Assembly: GCA_039811505.1 (NCBI GenBank)
Contig: JBDHYS010000001.1
Location: forward strand, 1-30,087
Origin: Paludibacteraceae bacterium
GTDB taxonomy: Bacteria > Bacteroidota > Bacteroidia > Bacteroidales > Paludibacteraceae
DNA length: 30,087 bases
Reading direction: 5' to 3'
Shown here: positions 1-8,478 of the stretch, one piece after another
Layout: every line of letters starts with the position of its first letter
Numbering within the stretch: the first letter of the stretch is position 1
Position numbers and translations under genes: made by a program
Notes under the pieces: model-generated
Databases searched by the model: none
What the model was told of the DNA's origin: nothing
The model's input: the letters and a program-made list of their open reading frames with translations, nothing else

Positions 1-2
1 AT

Positions 3-1739
3 ATTGAACCTGTCAAAAATCTGCATTTAAAATCAACTTTTGGTGTTGATTATGGAAATTTCTACCAACGTTTACTTACTTATAGTTTTACGGGAAGACT
101 TGGATCGGATTTGACATCATCAAAAATGAGTCAAAGCCATTCTACAAGATGGAATTGGACTAATACAGCAACGTATGATTTGTCTTTTGGTAAAAACAGA
201 ATGGATTTTTTACTTGGTACCGAAATGATAAATCAGCAAGATGTGTGGTTTGGTGCCGAAAAGCAAACGTATGAACTTGAAACTCCAGAATATATGTTTC
301 CTTCTGTCGGTGTGGGCGAAGCTTTTGCTACCGGCGGTGCAACGGGCTATTCCTTATTATCATATTTTGGAAAAGTGAATTATGTGTATGACGATAAATA
401 TTTAGCATCTGCAACTGTTCGTCGTGATGGTTCTTCGCGTTTTGGTAAAAACAATCGTTACGCAACGTTTCCTGCATTCTCTGTTGGTTGGCGAATTAGC
501 GAAGAGGCATTTATGGTTAGTACTCGTGATGTAATTTCTGATCTTAAACTACGTGCAGCTTGGGGACAAACAGGAAATCAAGAAATTGATAATTTTGCAA
601 ATCGCACAATCTTAATTCCTAATTACATTGGAGAAACGGGAGCAGGAATTAATACAGGAACTGCTTATGATATAAACGGCGTAAATTCCGGACTTTTACT
701 TTCGGGTTATCAACTAAACCAACGCGGAAATGATGATATAAAATGGGAAACTACAACTCAAACTAACTTTGGAATTGATTTTTCACTATGGAAACAATCA
801 TTGTATGGTACATTTGAATATTACATCAAACAAACGGATAATATTTTGATAAGTCCACCATATCTTGGTGCAATCGGCGAAGGTGGAAGTCAATGGGTAA
901 ACGGAGCTTCAATGGAAAATAAAGGTTTTGAATTTACATTGGGTTATCGTAATAGAACTGCATTTGGCTTAAACTATGATATAACCGGCAATATTTCAGG
1001 TTATAGAAATAAAGTTACAAAACTTCCAGAAAGCGTTGTTAACAATTATGGTGGCAATGGCACAACAGACAATATACTTGGCAGACCAATAAATTCATAT
1101 TATGGTTATAAAGCTGATGGTATTTTCAAAACTCAAGAAGAAGTGGATAATCACCCATCTCAAACCGGTGCGGGAGTAGGACGTATTCGTTATGCAAATT
1201 TAAATGACGACAACATTATTAATGAGAATGACCGTACGTGGATAGGAAGTCCACATCCCGACTTCGAATACGGTTTAAGCTTTTATCTTGAATACAAAGG
1301 ACTTGATTTGAATATGTTTTGGCAAGGGCTTAAAGGAAATAAAGTTATCAACAATACCAAAATGTTTACTGACTTTTGGGCTGTTACTGAATTAAATATG
1401 AACAAAGGAACTCGCCTATTGGACGCATTTGACCCCGTAAGCAATCCCAATTCAAATATCCCAATGATTTCACTAATGGACGACAATAATGAAAAACGGT
1501 TTTCATCTTATTATGTAGAAGATGGTTCGTTTTTGAAACTTCGTAATGTTCAGATTGGCTACTCATTACCAAATGCTCTCATTAAAAAAGCAAACCTTGA
1601 CAAAGTACGTTTTTATGTTTCAGGTCAAAATTTGCTAACATTAAAAAGCAAAAATTTCAGCGGTTTAGATCCAGAAAATCCGAATCTTGCATATCCTATC
1701 TCTACGACACTCACTTTTGGTCTTAATCTATCATTTTAA
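3..1739 (+). CDS. susC: SusC/RagA-family TonB-dependent transporter of the fructan PUL (5'-truncated by the window edge)
   Basis: The frame is open from base 3 (IEPVKNLHLKSTFGVDY...), so the start lies upstream of the window. Typical SusC barrel motifs: SYFGKVNYVYDDKYLASATVRRDGSSRFG, FPAFSVGWRIS, DIKWETT, VEDGSFLKLRNVQIGYSLP and terminal GLNLSF. A susD follows 12 nt later. Confidence 0.97.
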   Translation: MEPVKNLHLKSTFGVDYGNFYQRLLTYSFTGRLGSDLTSSKMSQSHSTRWNWTNTATYDLSFGKNRMDFLLGTEMINQQDVWFGAEKQTYELETPEYMFPSVGVGEAFATGGATGYSLLSYFGKVNYVYDDKYLASATVRRDGSSRFGKNNRYATFPAFSVGWRISEEAFMVSTRDVISDLKLRAAWGQTGNQEIDNFANRTILIPNYIGETGAGINTGTAYDINGVNSGLLLSGYQLNQRGNDDIKWETTTQTNFGIDFSLWKQSLYGTFEYYIKQTDNILISPPYLGAIGEGGSQWVNGASMENKGFEFTLGYRNRTAFGLNYDITGNISGYRNKVTKLPESVVNNYGGNGTTDNILGRPINSYYGYKADGIFKTQEEVDNHPSQTGAGVGRIRYANLNDDNIINENDRTWIGSPHPDFEYGLSFYLEYKGLDLNMFWQGLKGNKVINNTKMFTDFWAVTELNMNKGTRLLDAFDPVSNPNSNIPMISLMDDNNEKRFSSYYVEDGSFLKLRNVQIGYSLPNALIKKANLDKVRFYVSGQNLLTLKSKNFSGLDPENPNLAYPISTTLTFGLNLSF

Positions 1740-1751
1740 AATCAACGCAAC

Positions 1752-3449
1752 ATGAAAAAGATAATAAATAAAATTTTAATACTAACATTAAGTGCTTTCA
1801 CATTAAGCTCTTGTCAGGATTTCTTAGAACAACCACCTTATGCGATATTGGCAGAAGACGATATGAACGGGGTGATGCAAATAGAAAATCTATGTATCTC
1901 TGCATACGCAGGAATTGGCAATGATGAAATTAATCGTCCTCTAAGTCTTTGGGGTTACGGAAATGTTCGTTCTGATGATGCCTACAAAGGTGGAAATGAT
2001 CAGAATGACGGAGAACCGCTCCATTTTTTAGAAATATCTTCTCCTTCAATTGCAAATGAAACGTGGTTTAATGATGTGTTTTGGTATCGAAATTATGTTG
2101 TAATTTCGCGTATTAATTCAGCATTACGCGCCTTGGATAATATTACAGAAGCTGAGATGCCAAATAAAGTTGTTCGTCAAGCTGAAATGCGTTTCTTGCG
2201 TGGGCACATGCACTTTATTCAGAAAATTATTTTTAAACAAATCCCTTACATTGTAGAAACAATGACGCCCGAAGACATTGCTAACACATCGAACGTAGCA
2301 CTATCGAATGATGAATTATGGCAAAAAATTGTAGATGATTTCGATTTTGCTCGTAAAAATCTACCGGCATCACAACCACAAATTGGGCGAGCAAATAAAT
2401 TTGCCGCTACTGCATATTTAGCAAAGGCGTATCTTTATAAAGCATATCGTCAAGATGAAGCTCACAATGTAACTGAAATTAATAAAGCAGATTTACAAAA
2501 AGTAATTGAATTCGCTGATGAAGTTATCGCATCTCCTTACAGACTGGAAAATGATTTTGCAAACAACTTTCTTCCGGGTGAATATGAAAATGGTGTGGAA
2601 GCATTATTCTCCGTACAGTATTCACAAGAAGATGGAACGACATTTGGACGACTTAATATGGGTTGTGCATTGACAACTCCAACTCCGGGTGGTGATTTCA
2701 ACAAACCAAGTCAAAGTTTAGTAAATGCATTTGTAACAAAAAATGGTATTCCTGATTTTGACGGTTATAACACATCAGATTTCAATGAATCAGCCAACAA
2801 AGTAGATCCTCGTCTTTATCACACTGTTGCAATGCCGAGGAAACCTTATAAATATACAGATTTGATTTTTGAAAATTCTGAGTATTTTACAACATCTCGT
2901 AACCCGTCAATGTATGGAAACTATTCTTCATTAAAAGAAAATGTAGATCCGAAAAGCCAATATTACGTAAAAACAGGTCCTTGGTATGCCAATTCAAAAA
3001 ACTGGATTGTATTACGTTATGCCGATGTTTTATTATTCAAAGCCGAAGCTTTGATTGAAACTGGACAATTCTCAGAAGCTCGTCCTTTGATTAATCAGCT
3101 ACGCAATCGTGCCAAAGCAAGCACAGCGATGATAAGTTTTGCCAATTCACAATTTGAAATTAGAGAATACAGTGCAAGTGAATGGAGTGAAAGTTTTGCT
3201 CGTCAAGCACTTCGTTGGGAGCGTAGAGTTGAGATGGCAATGGAAGGCAGTAGGTTTTTTGATTTGGTTCGTTGGGGAATTACAGACCAAACAATAAATG
3301 CTTATTATAGCAAAGAAAAAGCGAAACACAGCTATTATAATAATGCTTTATTTGTGAAAAACAAAAATGAATACAGTCCTATTCCTGTTCAACAAATTAA
3401 TTTTAGCAAAGGAATTTATAAGCAAAATCATGGTTTTCAAACTAATTAA
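1752..3449 (+). CDS. susD: SusD/RagB-family lipoprotein, BT1762-like fructan-binding SusD
   Basis: SPII signal (TLSSC|QD). SusD motifs AEMRFLRGHMHF, VLRYADVLLFKAEALIE and ERRVEMAMEGSRFFDLVRWG. Segments such as VRSDDAYKGG, LAKAYLYKAYRQD, KPSQSLVNAF and SLKENVDP match BT1762 as I recall it. Confidence 0.95.
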   Translation: MKKIINKILILTLSAFTLSSCQDFLEQPPYAILAEDDMNGVMQIENLCISAYAGIGNDEINRPLSLWGYGNVRSDDAYKGGNDQNDGEPLHFLEISSPSIANETWFNDVFWYRNYVVISRINSALRALDNITEAEMPNKVVRQAEMRFLRGHMHFIQKIIFKQIPYIVETMTPEDIANTSNVALSNDELWQKIVDDFDFARKNLPASQPQIGRANKFAATAYLAKAYLYKAYRQDEAHNVTEINKADLQKVIEFADEVIASPYRLENDFANNFLPGEYENGVEALFSVQYSQEDGTTFGRLNMGCALTTPTPGGDFNKPSQSLVNAFVTKNGIPDFDGYNTSDFNESANKVDPRLYHTVAMPRKPYKYTDLIFENSEYFTTSRNPSMYGNYSSLKENVDPKSQYYVKTGPWYANSKNWIVLRYADVLLFKAEALIETGQFSEARPLINQLRNRAKASTAMISFANSQFEIREYSASEWSESFARQALRWERRVEMAMEGSRFFDLVRWGITDQTINAYYSKEKAKHSYYNNALFVKNKNEYSPIPVQQINFSKGIYKQNHGFQTN

Positions 3450-3462
3450 ATCAAATTGAATT

Positions 3463-4578
3463 ATGAAAAAGACATTTTATTATATCATCGCAACATTCAT
3501 TACAATTCTAACTTTTGTTGCTTGTGAAAATGAGAGAGAGACATTGGATATGTCTGGTGATGTGGATATTCACTCGTTCTCTATCAATGGAGTTAAAGGT
3601 GTTATCAATCCTGAAAATTCGATTATCAATGTTATAATGCCAAATACTACGGATTTAAAATCTCTTTCTCCTCAAATTGAAATTGGAGCAGGTGCTAAAA
3701 TTTCACCGGCAATCGGAGAGAATATTGATTTTTCAAATTCGATGAAAAAAGGTTCGGAAATAATATACACTGTATCCAATAACGATTTGTATCAACGATA
3801 TAAAGTTATTGTGGATGTAGCCCGTGCAAAAATCACAAAATTCCGTATTGGAACAATAGAAGGAAAAATTAACGAAGAAGCAAAAACTGTTAGAATCTAT
3901 TTACCAGTAGGAACAAACGTTACTGCATTAGTACCCATTATTGAATACACAAATGGAGCAGACATTTCTCCTGAAAATGGTGCTTCTGTCGATTTCACAA
4001 ATCCAGTTTCCTATAAATTGACACTTGGCGGTTCTGAATTTGTGTATTTGGTAAAAGTAATTTTAGGCGAAGAACCAAAACCTGAGATAATTATTTTTAA
4101 CGGAGAAGATGTTTCACCAACATGGGCAAGTTTGGCTGCAAGTGTAGAAAGCCCATATCCAAATCACAAAAAAGAGGGTATAAATACTTATGCTGTTTGT
4201 GCTTCTATTATGAAAAATGGTGAAGATACAGATAATGGCGGTAAACCTTGGTCGGGTGGTGCTTTGTGGAATGCTTATAAAGTCAATATCGATCCAAAAG
4301 TTTACGGTAGTTTTTCCATTATGATATTAAAAGGAGTAGCGGGTGATGTCCAATTAGAAATCCAATCAGATGGAGAACAAAATAAGGATTGGCTTAAAGT
4401 CTGGTATTCGGAAGAGAATTTAGGACAATGGCAAAAATTGGTTTTCAAAATACCGGAAGGACGAACAGCCGTAATAAATAATATATTAGTAGCTCCTCAT
4501 TGTCATGATGCCGGCAAACCCGTTCCATTTGTAACTCAACGTATGTATTGGGATGAGTTAATTGCAATTCCAAAATAA
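3463..4578 (+). CDS. Surface glycan-binding lipoprotein (SGBP): two Ig-like N-terminal domains plus a C-terminal ~160-aa CBM-like module
   Basis: SPII signal (TFVAC|ENERE) with acidic residues after the Cys, consistent with surface export. Two repeats of the ISP..G..IDF motif (AKISPAIGENIDFSN, ADISPENGASVDFTNPV) resemble the recalled BT1761 N-terminus. It lies directly after susD. Confidence 0.85.
   Translation: MKKTFYYIIATFITILTFVACENERETLDMSGDVDIHSFSINGVKGVINPENSIINVIMPNTTDLKSLSPQIEIGAGAKISPAIGENIDFSNSMKKGSEIIYTVSNNDLYQRYKVIVDVARAKITKFRIGTIEGKINEEAKTVRIYLPVGTNVTALVPIIEYTNGADISPENGASVDFTNPVSYKLTLGGSEFVYLVKVILGEEPKPEIIIFNGEDVSPTWASLAASVESPYPNHKKEGINTYAVCASIMKNGEDTDNGGKPWSGGALWNAYKVNIDPKVYGSFSIMILKGVAGDVQLEIQSDGEQNKDWLKVWYSEENLGQWQKLVFKIPEGRTAVINNILVAPHCHDAGKPVPFVTQRMYWDELIAIPK
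4087..4575 (+). repeat. CBM-like module, diverged copy D (C-terminal domain of the SGBP)
   Basis: Shares ordered motifs with copies A-C: NGED, WSGG, KGVAGDVQLEIQ (vs KNVAGTVRLELQ), GQWQKLVF (vs GTWQKLEF), ILVAP (vs LLIAP) and RMYWDELIA (vs RCFWDEVEA). Confidence 0.8.
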
Positions 4579-4586
4579 TTAAATAA

Positions 4587-4621
4587 TTTCTTTGCCAAAG
4601 TTTAACACTTTGGCAAAGAAA
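4587..4621 (+). promoter_or_regulatory. Perfect 15-bp intergenic stem-loop without a U-tract (possible mRNA-stabilising or processing element)
   Basis: TTTCTTTGCCAAAGT (4587-4601), loop TTAAC, ACTTTGGCAAAGAAA (4607-4621). It is followed by an A-run rather than a T-run. The hairpin is seen directly; its function is inferred. Confidence 0.6.
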
Positions 4622-4634
4622 AAAACTATTCACA

Positions 4635-6197
4635 ATGAAAATGAACACTTTATTTCTAATGATTTTTACGGTATTCTTTGGAGGGTGTAAAGAAGAACTA
4701 ACTCCTAATATCGAAAAACCAAAAATTGACACTACGCTTAATTATCGAACGCCATCATCTTTAAGTCAAGCGTATGAAACTTTCTTCAAACCTGTAAATG
4801 CAGAAACAGGAGATCCAATGCCTTATTACAACGAGTCGGATCAAATGTATTATATAAACTTTCTGCTTGGAAATTTTTCAGGTTATCCAAAAGGTGGAAT
4901 TTATCTGACGAAAACTAAAGATTTCGCACAATTTCTACCTGTTTCAGCTCAAATCCTGACAGGGGAAAATAGTGATAACGACAAAGGTATTGGTACCGGC
5001 TCTTGTATTAAAAAAGATAATGTATATCATTTTTTCTATACAGGATTTAATAATAATCCTATGCCGTCAGTTGCAATGAAAGCGACAAGCAATATGCCGT
5101 CAGGAGTATGGACAAAAGCTCCTTCGATGATAATAGGAGCACCTGCGTCTTATGACAAAGGAGAATTTCGTGATCCACATGTTTATTGGGATGAAACCCG
5201 TAATAAATACGTGATGCTTGTAGGAAGCCGCAACGGTGGGAAAGCTACAATTGCACGTTTTCAATCGGATGATTTGGACACTTGGCAACAAATAGAAGGC
5301 ATTGCAGCAACAACCTCAAATAATCCTAAGATATACGAAGTAGAAACGGACACTTGGATTGCGGAATGTCCCGATATTTTTAAAATGGGGGACAAATGGT
5401 ATTTGGTATTTTCAAGATTGGACAGAGACGATCACCGTAAAACATTTTACCGTATTGCTGATAATCCGAACGGACCATGGCGAAAGTGCAGTGATGAAAA
5501 AGGACACCATGAAACTTTTGATGGCTTGTATCTTTACGCCGCCAAAACGGTTTCAGACGGAACCAATCGCTACGTTTCAGGCTGGGCTTCATCGGGTCAG
5601 GAGCGTCAATCCAATGGAGAATTGCATTGGGGCGGAATGTTGGTAACACACAAATTAATCCAACAAGCTAATGGCAAATTATATCCAACAATCCCAGATG
5701 CTGTAAATGCAAAATTTTCAAAAGCAGTGGAATATAAAGACATAAAACAGATTGGGAGTGTTTCAGGAAATGGCAACAGTTTTACATTGCAAAATGGAGG
5801 GAAAGTTGTATTTAATCGAAATTTATCATCAGTAAAGATTGAAATGAAAATCGATGCTTCGCAAGCTCAAAGAAAATTTGGAATTGCATTTGGTGCTCAC
5901 GACAATCAATCAGACACATATAATTTGACTTTTGATTTGAGCAATGCAAACAAATACAATACCCCCGCACTTTTTATGTATCATTATGACAAAGAATATA
6001 ATTTTACTCCACTTATTGTTCCGGAAAACAAACAATTTGATGTCAAGATAATTATAGAACGTCAAGTTTGTGTGATGTATGTAAATGGAAATGTTGCATT
6101 TACCAATCATATTTCGAATATGGAACAAAATCCTTGGATGATATTTGCGGATGAAGGTGCGGTTAAAATTTCGAATATAAAGATTTTTAAACAATAA
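4635..6197 (+). CDS. GH32 endo-fructanase (BT1760-like, probably endo-levanase), surface lipoprotein, with C-terminal beta-sandwich
   Basis: SPII signal (FFGGC|KEE). Catalytic motifs GDPMP (nucleophile Asp), FRDP and ECPD are intact. GIGTG, YAAKTVSDGTNRY, WGGMLV and ERQVCVMYVNG..AFTNHI parallel BT1760 as recalled. Confidence 0.88.
   Translation: MKMNTLFLMIFTVFFGGCKEELTPNIEKPKIDTTLNYRTPSSLSQAYETFFKPVNAETGDPMPYYNESDQMYYINFLLGNFSGYPKGGIYLTKTKDFAQFLPVSAQILTGENSDNDKGIGTGSCIKKDNVYHFFYTGFNNNPMPSVAMKATSNMPSGVWTKAPSMIIGAPASYDKGEFRDPHVYWDETRNKYVMLVGSRNGGKATIARFQSDDLDTWQQIEGIAATTSNNPKIYEVETDTWIAECPDIFKMGDKWYLVFSRLDRDDHRKTFYRIADNPNGPWRKCSDEKGHHETFDGLYLYAAKTVSDGTNRYVSGWASSGQERQSNGELHWGGMLVTHKLIQQANGKLYPTIPDAVNAKFSKAVEYKDIKQIGSVSGNGNSFTLQNGGKVVFNRNLSSVKIEMKIDASQAQRKFGIAFGAHDNQSDTYNLTFDLSNANKYNTPALFMYHYDKEYNFTPLIVPENKQFDVKIIIERQVCVMYVNGNVAFTNHISNMEQNPWMIFADEGAVKISNIKIFKQ
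4779..4834 (+). repeat. 56-bp identical block shared with 6364..6419 (covers the GDPMP nucleophile motif)
   Basis: Direct comparison: ACTTTCTTCAAACCTGTAAATGCAGAAACAGGAGATCCAATGCCTTATTACAACGA occurs at both sites, offset 1585 bp. Confidence 0.9.
5148..6094 (+). repeat. 947-bp direct repeat, copy 1 (identical by eye to 6733..7679)
   Basis: Line-by-line comparison found no mismatch between the g/t difference at 5147/6732 and the t/a difference at 6095/7680. The shadow ORFs 5359..5646 / 6944..7231 and 5380..5649 / 6965..7234 are also identical. Confidence 0.92.
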
Positions 6198-6213
6198 ATA
6201 TTATATCTTTCAA

Positions 6214-8457
6214 ATGATGAAAAAAGGGATTTTCTTTCTATTCATTATAGTGAATGTGTTTGTGATTGGTGCAAATAGTCTAACCTTTGGAAATGTTGAT
6301 TATTCAGGAATCGACACTTCATTGGATTATTATTCACCAACCTCAGCAAGTTTGGGCTATCAGACTTTCTTCAAACCTGTAAATGCAGAAACAGGAGATC
6401 CAATGCCTTATTACAACGAATCGGAACGTATGTATTATGTTTACTTTCTTTTGGGAAATTTTTCGGGTTATCCAAAAGGTGGAATTTATCGGACAAAAAC
6501 AAAGGATTTTGCTCAATTCCAGCCTGTTTTATCTCAGATTCTTACGGGAGAAGGTTATGATATAGATTCTCACATCGGTGCAGGTTCTGCTATAAAGAAA
6601 GGAAAATCCCATTATTTCTTTTATACCGGATTTAACAATAGTCTTAATCCTTCAATAGTTACCAAAGCAGTTTTAGAAGATTTATCAGATAAATGGTTGA
6701 AAGAGCAAACATTTGTGATAAATGCACCTGCTTCTTATGACAAAGGAGAATTTCGTGATCCACATGTTTATTGGGATGAAACCCGTAATAAATACGTGAT
6801 GCTTGTAGGAAGCCGCAACGGTGGGAAAGCTACAATTGCACGTTTTCAATCGGATGATTTGGACACTTGGCAACAAATAGAAGGCATTGCAGCAACAACC
6901 TCAAATAATCCTAAGATATACGAAGTAGAAACGGACACTTGGATTGCGGAATGTCCCGATATTTTTAAAATGGGGGACAAATGGTATTTGGTATTTTCAA
7001 GATTGGACAGAGACGATCACCGTAAAACATTTTACCGTATTGCTGATAATCCGAACGGACCATGGCGAAAGTGCAGTGATGAAAAAGGACACCATGAAAC
7101 TTTTGATGGCTTGTATCTTTACGCCGCCAAAACGGTTTCAGACGGAACCAATCGCTACGTTTCAGGCTGGGCTTCATCGGGTCAGGAGCGTCAATCCAAT
7201 GGAGAATTGCATTGGGGCGGAATGTTGGTAACACACAAATTAATCCAACAAGCTAATGGCAAATTATATCCAACAATCCCAGATGCTGTAAATGCAAAAT
7301 TTTCAAAAGCAGTGGAATATAAAGACATAAAACAGATTGGGAGTGTTTCAGGAAATGGCAACAGTTTTACATTGCAAAATGGAGGGAAAGTTGTATTTAA
7401 TCGAAATTTATCATCAGTAAAGATTGAAATGAAAATCGATGCTTCGCAAGCTCAAAGAAAATTTGGAATTGCATTTGGTGCTCACGACAATCAATCAGAC
7501 ACATATAATTTGACTTTTGATTTGAGCAATGCAAACAAATACAATACCCCCGCACTTTTTATGTATCATTATGACAAAGAATATAATTTTACTCCACTTA
7601 TTGTTCCGGAAAACAAACAATTTGATGTCAAGATAATTATAGAACGTCAAGTTTGTGTGATGTATGTAAATGGAAATGTAGCATTTACCAATCACATTTC
7701 AAATATGGAGCAAAATCCTTGGATGATTTTTGCGGATGAAGGTGTAGTTAAATTTTCGGATATAAAGATTTTTAAACAAGATGAAACACCAACTTCTGGT
7801 CAAAATTTAGTGATCAGTAACGGAGAAGATATTGGTGGAAATTGGTGGAAAGCCGGTTCGACTAATGTGGAAATTGTAGACTGGCATCCCAAAGACGGAA
7901 ATTCCACAAATAAAGCGATGACAATTTGGATAAGTAAAAACAGCGATGTTTGGTCTGGTGGAGGTTTAGGCGGTTTGAATATTGATGTAAATGCTTACAA
8001 CACGATTTCGATGTTAGTTTACAAGAATGTGGCTGGAACTGTACGATTGGAATTGCAAGATGGTGATGGAGAAAACAATAAGTTTTTTGTTTCTGCTGAT
8101 TATAATTCGCCAGGCACTTGGCAAAAATTGGAATTTCCGTTTCCTTCTGAAATGAAAAATATAAAAACACTTCTTATTGCACCTTTTATTGATTACGATT
8201 TATCTACCATTGTAGGCGAACAAAGTCGTTGCTTTTGGGATGAAGTAGAAGCTACTTATAAAATTCGAGCATCGGAAAATGTTTTGTTTGAAAACGATGA
8301 AATAGTTTCTTCTCAAATTTATTCCATAAATGGTACTTTCTTAGGTACATTTAATGAAATTGAACAACGACAACAACTTCCAAAAGGGATATATATTATA
8401 AAATCTACCCGTAAAAATGGTAGAATAACCGTTTCAAAAATGTATAACACAAAATAA
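6214..8457 (+). CDS. GH32 endo-fructanase paralogue with SPI signal, C-terminal CBM-like module and T9SS-type C-terminal sorting domain
   Basis: Cys-free signal peptide (MKKGIFFLFIIVNVFVIGA|NS). GDPMP/FRDP/ECPD intact. After IKIFKQ comes the linker DETPTSG, the module QNLVISNGED...WDEVEATYK, and a tail SQIYSINGTFL...LPKGIYIIKS...SKM resembling a type A T9SS CTD. Confidence 0.88.
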   Translation: MMKKGIFFLFIIVNVFVIGANSLTFGNVDYSGIDTSLDYYSPTSASLGYQTFFKPVNAETGDPMPYYNESERMYYVYFLLGNFSGYPKGGIYRTKTKDFAQFQPVLSQILTGEGYDIDSHIGAGSAIKKGKSHYFFYTGFNNSLNPSIVTKAVLEDLSDKWLKEQTFVINAPASYDKGEFRDPHVYWDETRNKYVMLVGSRNGGKATIARFQSDDLDTWQQIEGIAATTSNNPKIYEVETDTWIAECPDIFKMGDKWYLVFSRLDRDDHRKTFYRIADNPNGPWRKCSDEKGHHETFDGLYLYAAKTVSDGTNRYVSGWASSGQERQSNGELHWGGMLVTHKLIQQANGKLYPTIPDAVNAKFSKAVEYKDIKQIGSVSGNGNSFTLQNGGKVVFNRNLSSVKIEMKIDASQAQRKFGIAFGAHDNQSDTYNLTFDLSNANKYNTPALFMYHYDKEYNFTPLIVPENKQFDVKIIIERQVCVMYVNGNVAFTNHISNMEQNPWMIFADEGVVKFSDIKIFKQDETPTSGQNLVISNGEDIGGNWWKAGSTNVEIVDWHPKDGNSTNKAMTIWISKNSDVWSGGGLGGLNIDVNAYNTISMLVYKNVAGTVRLELQDGDGENNKFFVSADYNSPGTWQKLEFPFPSEMKNIKTLLIAPFIDYDLSTIVGEQSRCFWDEVEATYKIRASENVLFENDEIVSSQIYSINGTFLGTFNEIEQRQQLPKGIYIIKSTRKNGRITVSKMYNTK
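6733..7679 (+). repeat. 947-bp direct repeat, copy 2
   Basis: Identical by eye to 5148..6094 at a constant offset of 1585 bp. Confidence 0.92.
7801..8262 (+). repeat. CBM-like module copy A (154 aa, fused to GH32)
   Basis: QNLVISNGED...RCFWDEVEATYK; 134/154 residues identical to copy B by hand count. Confidence 0.92.
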
Positions 8458-8478
8458 ATTTAATGTATAATTTAAAAA

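Noticed and set aside
5148-7679. 947-bp repeat as an IS or other mobile element
   Set aside because: It is in-frame GH32 coding sequence with no transposase, terminal inverted repeats or target-site duplication.
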